From Eubacteriales bacterium (lineage in GTDB: Bacteria > Bacillota > Clostridia > Oscillospirales > CAG-382): a stretch of 58,544 nt of DNA. The position numbers and the translations under genes are program-made. Of this stretch, positions 37,011 through 48,305 are shown piece after piece (position 1 is the stretch's first letter; each line of letters starts with the position of its first letter). Where the stretch lies: NCBI GenBank assembly GCA_045578045.1, contig JAZNJM010000041.1, positions 1 through 58,544 on the forward strand, given 5' to 3'. Under the pieces are notes generated by a model, which was not told the origin of the DNA, did no database searches, and was given only the letters and a program-made list of their open reading frames with translations.

Positions 37011-39353
37011 TTGGAAAAAATCTACAAAAAACTTAACACAGAACAAAAAGAAGCTGTTTTTACCGCAAACGGACCTTTACTTGTTATTGCAGGTGCGGGA
37101 AGCGGAAAAACAACAGTGCTTGTTAACAGAGTTGAATATCTTTGTTATTTCGGAAATCTTTATGAAAATGAAATTACAGCTAAAGAAGACGATGTTTTAA
37201 GGCTTAGGGCTGTGGAAAATTCATCTGATGGAGAAATACGCACTGCTTTGAAAAAATACGTCAAGGATGCTCCAGCTCCTTGGGAAGTTCTTTGTATCAC
37301 ATTTACAAACAAAGCGGCGACAGAAATCAAAGAAAGACTTGCTTCAACTCTTGGAGAATCAAGCAAATACGTTTGGGCAGGAACGTTTCATTCCATATGC
37401 GCCAAAATTTTAAGAAGACATATAGACCTTCTTGGTTCATATAAAAATGATTTTACAATTTATGACGTTGCTGATTGCAAACGCCTTATGACCGAGGTGC
37501 TTAAAAGTCTTAAAATCGATGATAAAATTTATTCACCAAAATCTATGCTTGAAGCAATTGGAAAAGCGAAAGAAAGATGTATTGATGCAGACGAATATCT
37601 CGCTGTATCAACAGATATGAGAGCCGAAATTATTTCAGAGGTTTATAAAGCATATCAAGCAAGACTTGTTGCTTCAAACGCTTTGGATTTTGATGATATT
37701 ATATTAAACGCATTAAAACTTTTCAAAGCAAACAAAGATATTCTTGAAAAATATAGCAAACAGTTCAGATATATTCTTGTTGACGAATATCAAGATACTA
37801 ACACAACTCAGGATATTCTCGTCAGATATCTTGCTTCTTACCATAAAAATATTTGCGTTGTTGGTGATGACGACCAGAGTATATATGCATTCAGAGGAGC
37901 AGTTGTTGAAAATATTCTTTCTTTTGATAAACATTATAAAAACGCAAAAATTATCAAATTAGAAAGAAACTATCGTTCAACACAAACAATTCTTGATGCC
38001 GCAAACGCTATTATTTCAAACAACATTGGAAGAAGAGGAAAAGAGCTTTGGACAGATTCTGAAAAGGGTGAACGCATTATTTTGAAAAAGCAACTCACTC
38101 AAAGCGAAGAAGCTGGATATATCGTTACATATATTAAAAATAAAGTTCTTGCCGGAAATAATTCATATAAGGATTTTGCTGTTTTATACAGACAAAAGGC
38201 TCAAGCAAACGCCCTTGAAATTATTTTCTCAAAAAGCAGTATTCCATACAGAGTTTTCGGTAGCCAACGCTTTTACGACAGAAAAGAAATAAAAGACCTT
38301 ACGGCTTATCTTCACGTTATAGAAAATCCAAACGATACAATCAGAATTAAAAGAATTATTAACGTTCCAAAACGTTCAATCGGTAATACAACAACTATGC
38401 TCCTTGAAGAGCTTTCAGCTTCTGAAAACAAGAGTATATATAACATTATTTCCAATATCACCTCATACCCCGAATTGCAAAAAGCAACTCCAAAACTTAT
38501 GCTTTTCAAAAATCTTATAGACGGATTTATTGAATATTCAAAAACTGCATCAGTTTCAGAGCTTATTAAGGAAGTTATTGAAAAAACAAAATACAAAGAA
38601 TATATACTCGAAACAGAAGAAGACAAGGACAAAGCAGAGCTTCCTGACGAACTTGTTTCGGGTGCGTTGATGTATGAACAAAGAACGATTGAAAACGGAG
38701 AAAAACCAACTCTTAAAGGTTTTCTTGAAGAGGTTGCTTTAATGACCGACGTTGATAATATGGATTCAGAAAGCAACGCAGTTACTCTTATGACTGTTCA
38801 TAGTGCAAAAGGACTTGAATTTGATACTGTTTTTCTTCCAGGATTTGAAGAAGGCGTTTTCCCAGGAACTCAGACGATGGCGGCATCAAACGCTGAAATG
38901 GAAGAAGAAAGACGACTTGCATACGTTGCTGTTACAAGAGCGAAAAAGCAACTTATTATCTGTCATACAAACACAAGATTACTTTACGGAAAAACTTCTT
39001 CCAATCAGCTTTCTCGTTTTGCTTTGGAAATTCCAAAAGAGCTTGTTGTTATTGAAGCTCCAATGAAAACCGTTTATAATCAAAACACTTCAGAATCAAA
39101 GAGAAAATATGCAAACAGCAGAGAGTCATTTGTTAAAAACACAACTGCCGCAGCTAAAAATTCTCACCACGATTTCTCAAACAAAGACGGAAATATCAAG
39201 GTTGGAGACAGAGTTTCACATGGTCTTTTCGGTAATGGAGAAATTATTTCTGTTGTTGATATTAAAAAAGACTATATTTATGAAATAAAATTTGATTCAG
39301 GAACAACTAAAAAGGTTATGGCGAGCTTCTGCAAGTTAAAGAAATTATCTTGA
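37011..39353 (+). CDS. pcrA: ATP-dependent DNA helicase PcrA/UvrD (TTG start after AAGGA; alternative ATG at 36954)
   Basis: AGAGSGKT, TFTNKAA, TFHS, VDEYQD, GDDDQSIY, LERNYRS, TVHSAKGLEF, EERRLAYVAVTRA, C-terminal Tudor-like domain. Confidence 0.95.
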   Translation: MEKIYKKLNTEQKEAVFTANGPLLVIAGAGSGKTTVLVNRVEYLCYFGNLYENEITAKEDDVLRLRAVENSSDGEIRTALKKYVKDAPAPWEVLCITFTNKAATEIKERLASTLGESSKYVWAGTFHSICAKILRRHIDLLGSYKNDFTIYDVADCKRLMTEVLKSLKIDDKIYSPKSMLEAIGKAKERCIDADEYLAVSTDMRAEIISEVYKAYQARLVASNALDFDDIILNALKLFKANKDILEKYSKQFRYILVDEYQDTNTTQDILVRYLASYHKNICVVGDDDQSIYAFRGAVVENILSFDKHYKNAKIIKLERNYRSTQTILDAANAIISNNIGRRGKELWTDSEKGERIILKKQLTQSEEAGYIVTYIKNKVLAGNNSYKDFAVLYRQKAQANALEIIFSKSSIPYRVFGSQRFYDRKEIKDLTAYLHVIENPNDTIRIKRIINVPKRSIGNTTTMLLEELSASENKSIYNIISNITSYPELQKATPKLMLFKNLIDGFIEYSKTASVSELIKEVIEKTKYKEYILETEEDKDKAELPDELVSGALMYEQRTIENGEKPTLKGFLEEVALMTDVDNMDSESNAVTLMTVHSAKGLEFDTVFLPGFEEGVFPGTQTMAASNAEMEEERRLAYVAVTRAKKQLIICHTNTRLLYGKTSSNQLSRFALEIPKELVVIEAPMKTVYNQNTSESKRKYANSRESFVKNTTAAAKNSHHDFSNKDGNIKVGDRVSHGLFGNGEIISVVDIKKDYIYEIKFDSGTTKKVMASFCKLKKLS

Positions 39354-39450
39354 TTAATTTTTAATACGGCAGAAAGTGTACCCCACGTTTAATATAAAAA
39401 ATAAGTATAAAAAACGTAATTTTATTTACGTTACGAAAGAAGGAACTATT

Positions 39451-40701
39451 ATGGCAATTATTAAACCTATAAGACCACTTCGTTTTACAGATAAAAAAAA
39501 CGTTGAAACTTGTGTATGCCCTCCATACGACATAATCAGCGATAAAGAAAGAGAAGAAATTGTTAAGAGAAACAATCATAACATAGTTGTTCTCGAAAAG
39601 CCTGAGGGAGAAAACAAATATGAAAACGCTGCTTCTCTCCTTAAAGAATGGATAAATGAAGGCGTTCTCAAACGCGATGATTCAGAAGGAATTTTCGTTT
39701 ATCAAGAAAAGTTTTCAGTTGCTGGAAAAGATTATGTTTTTGACGGACTTGTTTGCCTTGCGAAACTTTATGAGTTTTCTGAAAAGGTTGTTCTTCCCCA
39801 CGAAGAAACTCTTTCAAAAGCAAAACAAGATAGATTAAATTTACTTACAGCAACACATTGTAATTTCTCTTCCGTTTATTCTCTTTATATGGACGAAGAA
39901 AAAAAGGTTGAAAAGATAATTGAAAAAGCAAAAGGACTTGAAGCTGAATGTTCATTCACAGATGCTGAAGATGTTACACACACTCTTTGGAAAATAACGG
40001 ATAAAGACGATATTGCTTCTCTCGTTGAGGCTTTCGCTGATAAACAGCTCTTTATTGCAGACGGACACCACAGATATGAAACAAGTCTTAACTATCGCAG
40101 AATTTGCAAAGAAAACGGTGTCTCAGATCTTGATACGGATTATATTCTTATGACTCTCGTTGATATGGATAACAAAGGACTTGTTATTATGCCAACACAC
40201 AGAGTTATAACAGAAAAAAATCTCGACCTTGAAGCAATCAAAGAAAAATGTAAAGCAGAATTTGAAATTTCTGAAATGGACGACATTTCAAAAGCAGAAG
40301 AAATTCTCGCTTCTCTTTCAGATATACACGCATTCGCTCTTTACAGCGGCGGAAAAGGATTCACTCTTTTCAAACGCAAAGAAGATGCGGTTATTGAAGG
40401 ACATTCAGAAGCATATTGCGGTCTTGACGTTTCTGTTCTCCACACCCTTATTCTCGAAAAAGGCTTTGGAATTGACAAAGAAAATATGGCAAATCAAAAG
40501 AGCCTTATTTATACAAGAAGTATAGATGAAGCAGTTTCACTCGTTCAAAGCGGAGAAGCATCTTGCTCTTTCATACTTAATTCTACAAAGGTTCAACAAA
40601 TTAAAGCCGTTTCTCTTGCGGGAGACAAAATGCCTCAGAAATCAACGTATTTCTATCCAAAACTTATAACAGGTCTTGTTATTAACTGTCTTGAAAAATA
40701 A
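39451..40701 (+). CDS. DUF1015 family protein
   Basis: PPYD, PHEET, IADGHHRYET, PTHR, MPQKSTYFYPKL. Confidence 0.88.
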   Translation: MAIIKPIRPLRFTDKKNVETCVCPPYDIISDKEREEIVKRNNHNIVVLEKPEGENKYENAASLLKEWINEGVLKRDDSEGIFVYQEKFSVAGKDYVFDGLVCLAKLYEFSEKVVLPHEETLSKAKQDRLNLLTATHCNFSSVYSLYMDEEKKVEKIIEKAKGLEAECSFTDAEDVTHTLWKITDKDDIASLVEAFADKQLFIADGHHRYETSLNYRRICKENGVSDLDTDYILMTLVDMDNKGLVIMPTHRVITEKNLDLEAIKEKCKAEFEISEMDDISKAEEILASLSDIHAFALYSGGKGFTLFKRKEDAVIEGHSEAYCGLDVSVLHTLILEKGFGIDKENMANQKSLIYTRSIDEAVSLVQSGEASCSFILNSTKVQQIKAVSLAGDKMPQKSTYFYPKLITGLVINCLEK

Positions 40702-40722
40702 TAATTCGGAGAATTTATATTT

Positions 40723-43362
40723 ATGAATAATTTGCTTGATAAAAAATATGATCCAAAAAACGTTGAAGACCGTCTTTATAATTTTTGGTCTGAAAACGGA
40801 TATTTTACCCCTGAAATTGATAAATCGAAAAAACCATTTTCCATCGTTATTCCACCACCAAACGTAACAGGTCAGCTTCATATGGGACACGCTCTTGACG
40901 AAACTCTTCAAGACATTCTCATTCGTACAAAGCGTATGCAAGGATATTGTACGCTTTGGGTTCCCGGAACAGACCACGCAGGAATTGCAACTCAAATTAA
41001 GGTTGAAGAACAGCTTCGCAAAAATGAAGGACTTTCAAGACACGATCTTGGAAGAGAAAAATTTCTTGAACGCGTTTGGGATTGGAAAAAAATGTATGGA
41101 AGCCGCATTATCAACCAGTTAAAAAAATTAGGTTCATCTTGCGACTGGACGAGAGAACGTTTTACTATGGACGAAACGTGTTCTGCTGCTGTTAGAAAAA
41201 TATTCGTTTCTCTTTATAACAAAGGTCAGATTTATCGTGGATACAGAATTATAAACTGGTGTCCTAATTGTAACACTGCTCTTTCTGATACGGAAGTTGA
41301 ACACAAAGATACAGCGGGTAATTTTTATCACATTAAATATCCTATAAAGGATAGCGATGAAATGCTTGAAATAGCAACAACCCGTCCTGAAACAATGCTT
41401 GGAGATACGGGTATTGCTGTTAACCCCAACGATGAAAGATACACAAAATATATTGGAAAAACGGCTATTCTTCCTTTGATGAACCGTGAAATTCCCATAG
41501 TTGCAGACGAATATGTTGATAAGGATTTTGGAACGGGATGCGTTAAAATGACTCCTTGCCACGATCCTAACGACTATCAGGTTGCCCTCAGACACAACCT
41601 CGAAATGATAGTAGTTCTTGACGGAAACGCCAAAATCAACGAAAACGGTGGAAAATATCAAGGAATGGACCGCTTTGAAGCAAGAAAAGCAATTATTGAA
41701 GACCTTGACGCTCTTGGACTTCTTGTTAAAATTGAACCTCATTCCCACGCTGTTGCCCATTGTTACAGATGTGGAACGATTGTTGAACCAATTTCTTCAA
41801 GACAATGGTTCGTTAAAATGGAAGAACTTGCAAAACCTGCTATTGAAGCGGTTAAAAAAGGTGATATTAAATTTGTTCCTGAACGTTTCTCCAAAAACTA
41901 TCTTAACTGGATGGAAAATATCCTTGACTGGTGTATTTCACGTCAGCTTTGGTGGGGACATAGAATTCCTGCTTTCTATTGTGAAGACTGCGGAAAAATG
42001 ACGGTTGCTGAAGAAGACGTTACTGTTTGTCCTGAATGTGGGAGTAAAAACATTGTTCAAGATGAAGACGTGCTTGATACTTGGTTCTCTTCAGCTCTCT
42101 GGCCAATGTCAACTCTTGGTTGGCCAAATCAAACGGAAGACCTTGATTATTTCTACCCCACAAGCGTTCTCGTTACGGGTTATGATATAATTACTTTCTG
42201 GGTTTCTAAAATGATTTTCCAAGGACTTGAAGGAATGAAAGAAAAGCCTTTCAGCGATGTTCTTATTCACGGTCTTGTTAGAGATTCTCAGGGAAGAAAA
42301 ATGAGTAAATCTCTTGGAAATGGAATTGATCCCCTTGAAATTATTGATAAATATGGTGCAGATGCTCTCAGATTTACTCTTGCAACAGGAAACAGCCCCG
42401 GAAACGATATGCGTTTTTACGAAGAAAGAGTTGAGGCTTCACGTAATTTCTGCAACAAGATATGGAATGCTGCAAGATTCGTTCTTATGAATCTGGAAGA
42501 AGGACTTTCATTCACAAACGACTTATCAAGTCTTTCTCTTGAAAAAGAAGATAAATGGATTCTTTCAAAATACAACACTCTCGTTAAAGAAGTTAATGAA
42601 AACATAGACAAATACGAGCTTGGCGTTGCTGTTTCTAAACTTTATGACTTCATTTGGGACGTATTCTGCGATTGGTATATTGAGCTTGTTAAACCAAGAC
42701 TCAACGCAAAAGGCACAGAAAGCTACACAGTTGCTTGTAACGTTCTCGTTTACGTTCTTTCAAACACAATGAAGCTTCTCCACCCATTCACTCCGTTTAT
42801 AACGGAAGAAATTTGGCAAAAGCTCCCTCACGAAGGAGAAAGCATTATGATTTCCTCCTTCCCCGTTTTTGAAGAACAGCTATGCTTTGAATCTGATGAA
42901 GAAAACGTTCAATATGCAATAGATGCTATTAAGGCTATTAGAAACAGACGTTCAGAAATGAACGTTCCCCCCTCAAAGAAATCTGCCCTTTATATTAACA
43001 CAGAATTTAAAGAACTTTTCGCAAACGCTTCTGTTTGGTTTGAAAAACTCGCTTCTGCTTCAGCAGTTGAGATTATTGAATCTGAACCTTCCGATGCAGA
43101 CGAATGTGTTCAAATTGTAACAAGCGGAGCAACGGTTTATATAAGAACAAAAGAAATGGTTGATATTGAGGGTGAACGTAAACGCCTTGCAAAAGAGCTT
43201 GAAACTGCGGAAAAAGAACTTGAAAGAGCAAACTCTAAACTTTCAAACACAGATTTCGTTGCAAAAGCTCCCGCAAAGGTTATTGATGCAGAAAGAGAAA
43301 AAGTTAAAAAGTATGAGGCGTTGAAACAAAGTCTTTCCGCCGCGCTTGAAAAACTTGTATAA
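40723..43362 (+). CDS. valS: Valine--tRNA ligase
   Basis: [39 protein letters not shown]-terminal coiled coil. Confidence 0.98.
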   Translation: MNNLLDKKYDPKNVEDRLYNFWSENGYFTPEIDKSKKPFSIVIPPPNVTGQLHMGHALDETLQDILIRTKRMQGYCTLWVPGTDHAGIATQIKVEEQLRKNEGLSRHDLGREKFLERVWDWKKMYGSRIINQLKKLGSSCDWTRERFTMDETCSAAVRKIFVSLYNKGQIYRGYRIINWCPNCNTALSDTEVEHKDTAGNFYHIKYPIKDSDEMLEIATTRPETMLGDTGIAVNPNDERYTKYIGKTAILPLMNREIPIVADEYVDKDFGTGCVKMTPCHDPNDYQVALRHNLEMIVVLDGNAKINENGGKYQGMDRFEARKAIIEDLDALGLLVKIEPHSHAVAHCYRCGTIVEPISSRQWFVKMEELAKPAIEAVKKGDIKFVPERFSKNYLNWMENILDWCISRQLWWGHRIPAFYCEDCGKMTVAEEDVTVCPECGSKNIVQDEDVLDTWFSSALWPMSTLGWPNQTEDLDYFYPTSVLVTGYDIITFWVSKMIFQGLEGMKEKPFSDVLIHGLVRDSQGRKMSKSLGNGIDPLEIIDKYGADALRFTLATGNSPGNDMRFYEERVEASRNFCNKIWNAARFVLMNLEEGLSFTNDLSSLSLEKEDKWILSKYNTLVKEVNENIDKYELGVAVSKLYDFIWDVFCDWYIELVKPRLNAKGTESYTVACNVLVYVLSNTMKLLHPFTPFITEEIWQKLPHEGESIMISSFPVFEEQLCFESDEENVQYAIDAIKAIRNRRSEMNVPPSKKSALYINTEFKELFANASVWFEKLASASAVEIIESEPSDADECVQIVTSGATVYIRTKEMVDIEGERKRLAKELETAEKELERANSKLSNTDFVAKAPAKVIDAEREKVKKYEALKQSLSAALEKLV

Positions 43363-43366
43363 TTTT

Positions 43367-44554
43367 ATGAATAATTCAAAGGAAAATAAAAAGGTTCTTT
43401 TATTAAAATACGGTGAGGTTGTTATGAAAGGTCTCAACAGAGGCTATTTTGAAAGCCTTATCGTAAAAAGAGCAAAAGAAATGCTAAAAAAGGCTGAGGG
43501 AAACTTCAGCCTTGAATATGCACAGTCAACTCTCTACGTTAGCGGAGATGAAGACGCTGATATGGACGAAGCATTTTCAATCTTAAAAAAACTTTTTGGA
43601 ATTGCAACGATTTGCGTTGGATATCAGTGCGAAAAAAATATGGATTCCATAAAAGAATGTGTTAAACAAAACGCTAAAAAACTTGTTGGAAACGCTAAAA
43701 CTTTTAAATGTGAATCTAAGAGAAGCGATAAATCCTTCCCTCTTAAATCGCCTCAAATTAGCGCAGAAATCGGAGGCGTTATTCTTGATGCTATACATTC
43801 TTTGAGAGTTGACGTTAAAAAACCAGATATAACGCTTTTTGTTGAAGTTCGCGAAAAATTTGCATACGTTCATAATGGCGGAGAAAAAGGTCTCGGAGGA
43901 ATGCCATCGGGAAGTGCTGGAAAAGGTCTTCTTCTTCTTTCAGGCGGAATTGACAGCCCCGTTGCAGGATATATGATGTCCAAAAGAGGAATCTCTGTTG
44001 ACTGTGTATATTTTGAGAGTCCACCTTATACAAGCGATAATGCAAAACAAAAGGTCGTTGACCTTGCTTCAAAACTTGCAGAATATAACGGAAAGTTATT
44101 TTTAAACTGTATATCCGTTACAGAAATACAAGAAGAGCTTATGAATAAATGCGATAATAAGCTATTCACGGTACTTCTCAGAAGATTTATGATGCGTCTT
44201 GCTTTGAAAAATGCGTTGCGAATTGGAGCACAGCTTTTAATTACGGGAGAAAGCATCGGACAAGTTGCAAGTCAAACTGTTCCCGCAATGGCGGTTACAG
44301 ATGCTATTGCAACAATCCCCGTTATTCGCCCCCTTGCAGGACTTGACAAAGAAGAAATTGTTCAGATTTCAAGAGCAATAGAAACCTTTGATATCAGCAT
44401 TTTACCATATGACGACTGTTGTACGGTATTCACCCCTAAGCATCCAAACACACGTCCAACACTTGAAGGCGTTATTGCCGAAGAAAATAAATTAGATGTT
44501 GACGGTCTTGTTGAACGTGCATTTTCAACTCGATACGTTATAGAGATAAAATAA
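43367..44554 (+). CDS. thiI: tRNA 4-thiouridine synthase ThiI (THUMP + PP-loop, no rhodanese domain)
   Basis: KYGE..KG.NR, LLSGGIDSPV, GESIGQVASQT, DCC. Confidence 0.95.
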   Translation: MNNSKENKKVLLLKYGEVVMKGLNRGYFESLIVKRAKEMLKKAEGNFSLEYAQSTLYVSGDEDADMDEAFSILKKLFGIATICVGYQCEKNMDSIKECVKQNAKKLVGNAKTFKCESKRSDKSFPLKSPQISAEIGGVILDAIHSLRVDVKKPDITLFVEVREKFAYVHNGGEKGLGGMPSGSAGKGLLLLSGGIDSPVAGYMMSKRGISVDCVYFESPPYTSDNAKQKVVDLASKLAEYNGKLFLNCISVTEIQEELMNKCDNKLFTVLLRRFMMRLALKNALRIGAQLLITGESIGQVASQTVPAMAVTDAIATIPVIRPLAGLDKEEIVQISRAIETFDISILPYDDCCTVFTPKHPNTRPTLEGVIAEENKLDVDGLVERAFSTRYVIEIK

Positions 44555-46992
44555 TGAAAACTATTAATTTTTTAGGGAAAAACAAAATAATAACTTGCAT
44601 ATGCTTTGCTTTGACTATAGCATTTGTATTTTCAACCGTTAATTTTACCGTTGTTAACGCTTCTGCTCTTTCATCATACGACCTCAGAGATTCAAATTCA
44701 ATTACGTCTGTTAAAAATCAAGGGAACGCAAACACTTGCTGGTCATTTGCGGCAATTGGAGCAATTGAGTCTTCTTTGATAGTTGGAGGATACGCCGACA
44801 GCTCTATAGACCTTTCTGAAACTCATCTCGGTTGGTTTTCCATCAATACGGAAATTTCAAACGAAAACGACCTCACCTACGGAGATGGAATTACATCATC
44901 TAATCCATTTCAATATGGTGGAAATGATTTATATGTTATATGGTCAATAGCTCGTGGGTTTGGCTTAGAGCTTGAAGAATTTGTTGAATATGACGTTAAT
45001 CATATTGATTCAATAAAAGTCAGAGAAAACGAAAGATACGTTTCTGAATTTAAGGTTACAGAGGTCAATATTTTTCAAAAGAACGAATTTGACGGCATAA
45101 AAAAAGCAATTGTAGAAAACGGAGCTTTAATGGCTTCATATTTTGATTCTACAGATTACTACAACAAAGGTAATGACGGATATTCCTTTTTTGAAAACAC
45201 GAATGAAGTATCTAACCACGCAATTTTAATTGTTGGTTGGGATGATAATTATTCAAAAGAAAATTTCGGCTCAGTTAAACCATCTGAAAACGGAGCTTGG
45301 CTTTGCCGAAACTCAAGAGGAGAATCGTGGGGCGACAACGGATATTTCTGGTTGTCTTATGAAACTCTATCTCTTAAAAGAATAGTTTCCTTTAAAGCAG
45401 AGCCTTCTGAGGAAGATATATACCAAATATATCAATATGATGGATATGGATTCTCAAAAGCCTTAAGCATTGATGATTCAGGTGTTGTTTACACATCAAA
45501 TATTTTTGATTCAACGGAAAGCGGTATTCTTGAAAAAATTGCATTTTACACAACAGAACACAATCTCGACCACGAAATATCAGTTTATCAGTTGAAAGAT
45601 GGGTATTCATCTCCAACAGATGGAATTTTGCTTTCAAGGTTTAATAAATATACTTCATATTCGGGATATTATCTTGTTGACCTCCCCTCCGCTGTTGAGA
45701 TTAAAGAAGGTTTATCTTTCTCCATCGTAATAAAAATAAGCGGTTCGGGTAGAATTAAATTCTATTCAGAGGGTGTTAACGACAGAGCTTCAGTTCAAGG
45801 AAAAAGCTATGCTTCCCCCGATGGAGAATATTGGATGGATACGGTTTCAAGCGGATTTGGTAATCTTTGTATAAAGGCTTGGGTTAATCCAACAGTTTAT
45901 GAAGGACCTGATACCGAATATCTTTTCCAAATGATGTCCCCTATTTCAGAGGAATATTATGAAGACGAAGTTTTATCAATTCTTGTTGATAAAGCAAAAG
46001 ACATAATTTCAAATGGCGGGACTGAACGCGAAGTTCTTAACAATTATCTCAGACTCGCTTGCTTATATGAAAAATACTATGGATACGTTTCAATTGAAAA
46101 CGAAGAACAATTTTTAACTTTTTCCAATCTCGTTAATTCGGGAAATGATTTCACCGATACTGTTGTAGTTCTTGAAAACGACCTTGATTTCAGCGGTATT
46201 AATTACCTTATTCCATCGGGCTTTAACGGAACGTTTAACGGAAAGTTCAACACAATTTCAGGGATTGAACATTCTGGAGATTATGGTTCCGGTGCTTTTG
46301 GAAATCTTCATTCAAAAAGCGTTTTGAAAAATATTGTTATTAAAAATTGTTCATTTTCTTCCAACGTATACACAGGAGGAATTTCTTTCTGGAACGAAGG
46401 AATTATTCTTGATTGTTCCGTTGAAGCAAACGTTTTTTCAGAAAGAAATTATTCAGGCTTGGCAGTTGGATTAAATAAAGGTAAAATTCAGTTTTGTGCG
46501 GTAAAAAACAGCTCCGAAAACTCAAATGAAGAAAAAATTGTTTATGAAAATTACGGTTTAATAAGTGATTGTCTCGTTGAAGGAGCTTCTATATCAAGCA
46601 AAGTTACCCCTCCTATTAATTGTTATGAGGCTTATTTAAACAATGATTCTCTTATGATTAAAGGAACAAAAGTTCAAATCCAAAGTGCGAAAAGTTTTAT
46701 TCGTTTAAATGAAGATGATAAAGATTTATCAAAAGGAATTGTATATACAGGATTAAACCTTTTGTCAGGCTCCAAACATATAGTTGCTGTTATTATTGGA
46801 GACGTTAATTCAGATGGAATACTTTCATCTTCCGATTATCTTAGAATAAAAAGTCATTTATTGGAAACCATAGCTTTAGATGAATATCAGCTTGAAGCTG
46901 CTGATACAAACAGAGATGGCGTTATTGGTTCAACCGATTATTTGCTTATAAAATCTCATTTTTTGAACTTGATAAATATGTATGGAGCATAA
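44554..46992 (+). CDS. Secreted papain-family (C1A) cysteine protease with lectin-like and beta-rich domains and a C-terminal type I dockerin
   Basis: Signal peptide ending ASA; YDLR..VKNQG...CWSF, NHAILIVGWDD, RNS.G..WG..GYFWLSY; YQYD...NLCIKA domain; dockerin repeats GDVNSDG..SSSDY and ADTNRDG..GSTDY. Confidence 0.88.
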   Translation: MKTINFLGKNKIITCICFALTIAFVFSTVNFTVVNASALSSYDLRDSNSITSVKNQGNANTCWSFAAIGAIESSLIVGGYADSSIDLSETHLGWFSINTEISNENDLTYGDGITSSNPFQYGGNDLYVIWSIARGFGLELEEFVEYDVNHIDSIKVRENERYVSEFKVTEVNIFQKNEFDGIKKAIVENGALMASYFDSTDYYNKGNDGYSFFENTNEVSNHAILIVGWDDNYSKENFGSVKPSENGAWLCRNSRGESWGDNGYFWLSYETLSLKRIVSFKAEPSEEDIYQIYQYDGYGFSKALSIDDSGVVYTSNIFDSTESGILEKIAFYTTEHNLDHEISVYQLKDGYSSPTDGILLSRFNKYTSYSGYYLVDLPSAVEIKEGLSFSIVIKISGSGRIKFYSEGVNDRASVQGKSYASPDGEYWMDTVSSGFGNLCIKAWVNPTVYEGPDTEYLFQMMSPISEEYYEDEVLSILVDKAKDIISNGGTEREVLNNYLRLACLYEKYYGYVSIENEEQFLTFSNLVNSGNDFTDTVVVLENDLDFSGINYLIPSGFNGTFNGKFNTISGIEHSGDYGSGAFGNLHSKSVLKNIVIKNCSFSSNVYTGGISFWNEGIILDCSVEANVFSERNYSGLAVGLNKGKIQFCAVKNSSENSNEEKIVYENYGLISDCLVEGASISSKVTPPINCYEAYLNNDSLMIKGTKVQIQSAKSFIRLNEDDKDLSKGIVYTGLNLLSGSKHIVAVIIGDVNSDGILSSSDYLRIKSHLLETIALDEYQLEAADTNRDGVIGSTDYLLIKSHFLNLINMYGA

Positions 46993-46995
46993 TAA

Positions 46996-48252
46996 ATGAA
47001 TTTAGCTGAAATTGTCAGACCAAAAGATTTTTCTCAAATGGCAGGACAAAAACATCTGCTTGGAGAAAACGCTCCTTTAATGAAAATAATAAATAGCGGT
47101 CATCTTCCATCTCTTATTTTTTACGGACCTCCAGGTGTTGGAAAGACAACCGCGGCAGATATTATTGCTTCTAAAACGGGTAAAACCTTTAGAAAACTTA
47201 ATGCAACCGTTTCATCGCTTTCAGATTTAAAAGCAATACTTGCTGAAACAGATTCCGTTTATACGGGTGGTGAAATATTGCTTTATATTGATGAAATTCA
47301 ATATTTCAACAAGAAACAACAGCAGTCATTGCTTGAATACGTTGAAGACGGAAGAGTTACGCTTATATGTTCAACAACGGAAAATCCATATTTTTATATT
47401 TATCCGGCTCTCGTTTCTCGTTCTGCCGTGTTTGAATTTAAAACGGTTGAAGCAGAAGAAATTAAACTTTTTTTAAAAACAGCACTCGACAAATTCAACA
47501 GTGCGGGAGAACGAAATATAACCGCCTCAGAAAAGGCTTTGAATATTGTTTCAAATGCTGTTGGAGGAGACGTTAGAAAAGCTGTCAATATGCTTGAAAA
47601 CCTTTGTTACGTTGTTTCGGAAGGCGAAATTACAGAGGAAGTTGCAAGAAATTTCTTAAAAAATGCAGGTCAGAGGTTTGACAAAAGCGGAGACGAATAT
47701 TATAATTCACTTTCAGCTCTCCAAAAATCCATAAGAGGCTCTGATGAAAATGCAGCTATATTTTATCTTGCGAAAATTCTCGAAAACGGTGGTTTACTTT
47801 CTGCGTGTAGACGGCTTCTCGTTATCGCAAGTGAAGATATTGGACTTGCCTATCCTCTTGCGGCAGTTGTAACAAAATCTTGCGTTGATTCTGCATTACA
47901 ATTAGGAATGCCCGAAGCAAGAATCCCTTTGGCAGAGGCGTGTATTCTACTTGCAACAGCTCCAAAATCAAATTCTGCATATATGGCGTATGACCGCGCG
48001 TCAGAAGACGTTAAAGCAGGAAAGGGTGTTATTTTTCCAAGATGCTTGCAAAATGTTCACGCAGACAGCTATGGAGAGGTTGGCGGTCAAGGATACATAT
48101 ATCCCCACGATTATCCCGATGCATACGTTGAACAGCAATATCTTCCTGATGATTTAAAAAACAGAAAATATTATTCATACGGTTTAAACAAAAACGAACA
48201 AGCTGCAAAGGCATATCGTGATAAAATAATAGAAAAACATAAGAAAAAATAG
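46996..48252 (+). CDS. rarA: Replication-associated recombination protein A (MgsA)
   Basis: RP...GQKH, GPPGVGKTT, DEI, TTENP, SALQKSIRGSD, ASEDIGLA, YPHDY. Confidence 0.95.
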   Translation: MNLAEIVRPKDFSQMAGQKHLLGENAPLMKIINSGHLPSLIFYGPPGVGKTTAADIIASKTGKTFRKLNATVSSLSDLKAILAETDSVYTGGEILLYIDEIQYFNKKQQQSLLEYVEDGRVTLICSTTENPYFYIYPALVSRSAVFEFKTVEAEEIKLFLKTALDKFNSAGERNITASEKALNIVSNAVGGDVRKAVNMLENLCYVVSEGEITEEVARNFLKNAGQRFDKSGDEYYNSLSALQKSIRGSDENAAIFYLAKILENGGLLSACRRLLVIASEDIGLAYPLAAVVTKSCVDSALQLGMPEARIPLAEACILLATAPKSNSAYMAYDRASEDVKAGKGVIFPRCLQNVHADSYGEVGGQGYIYPHDYPDAYVEQQYLPDDLKNRKYYSYGLNKNEQAAKAYRDKIIEKHKKK

Positions 48253-48305
48253 CTGAATATTATAACATTATGAAAGGTTACAGTACGCTGTAATATGGTG
48301 AGCTT

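Noticed and set aside
41134-41760. 208-aa minus-strand ORF
   Set aside because: Antisense shadow of valS; the same applies to the other short nested ORFs in the track
46993-46995. 6S RNA upstream of rarA, as in some Bacillota
   Set aside because: Only 3 nt separate rarA from the upstream protease gene
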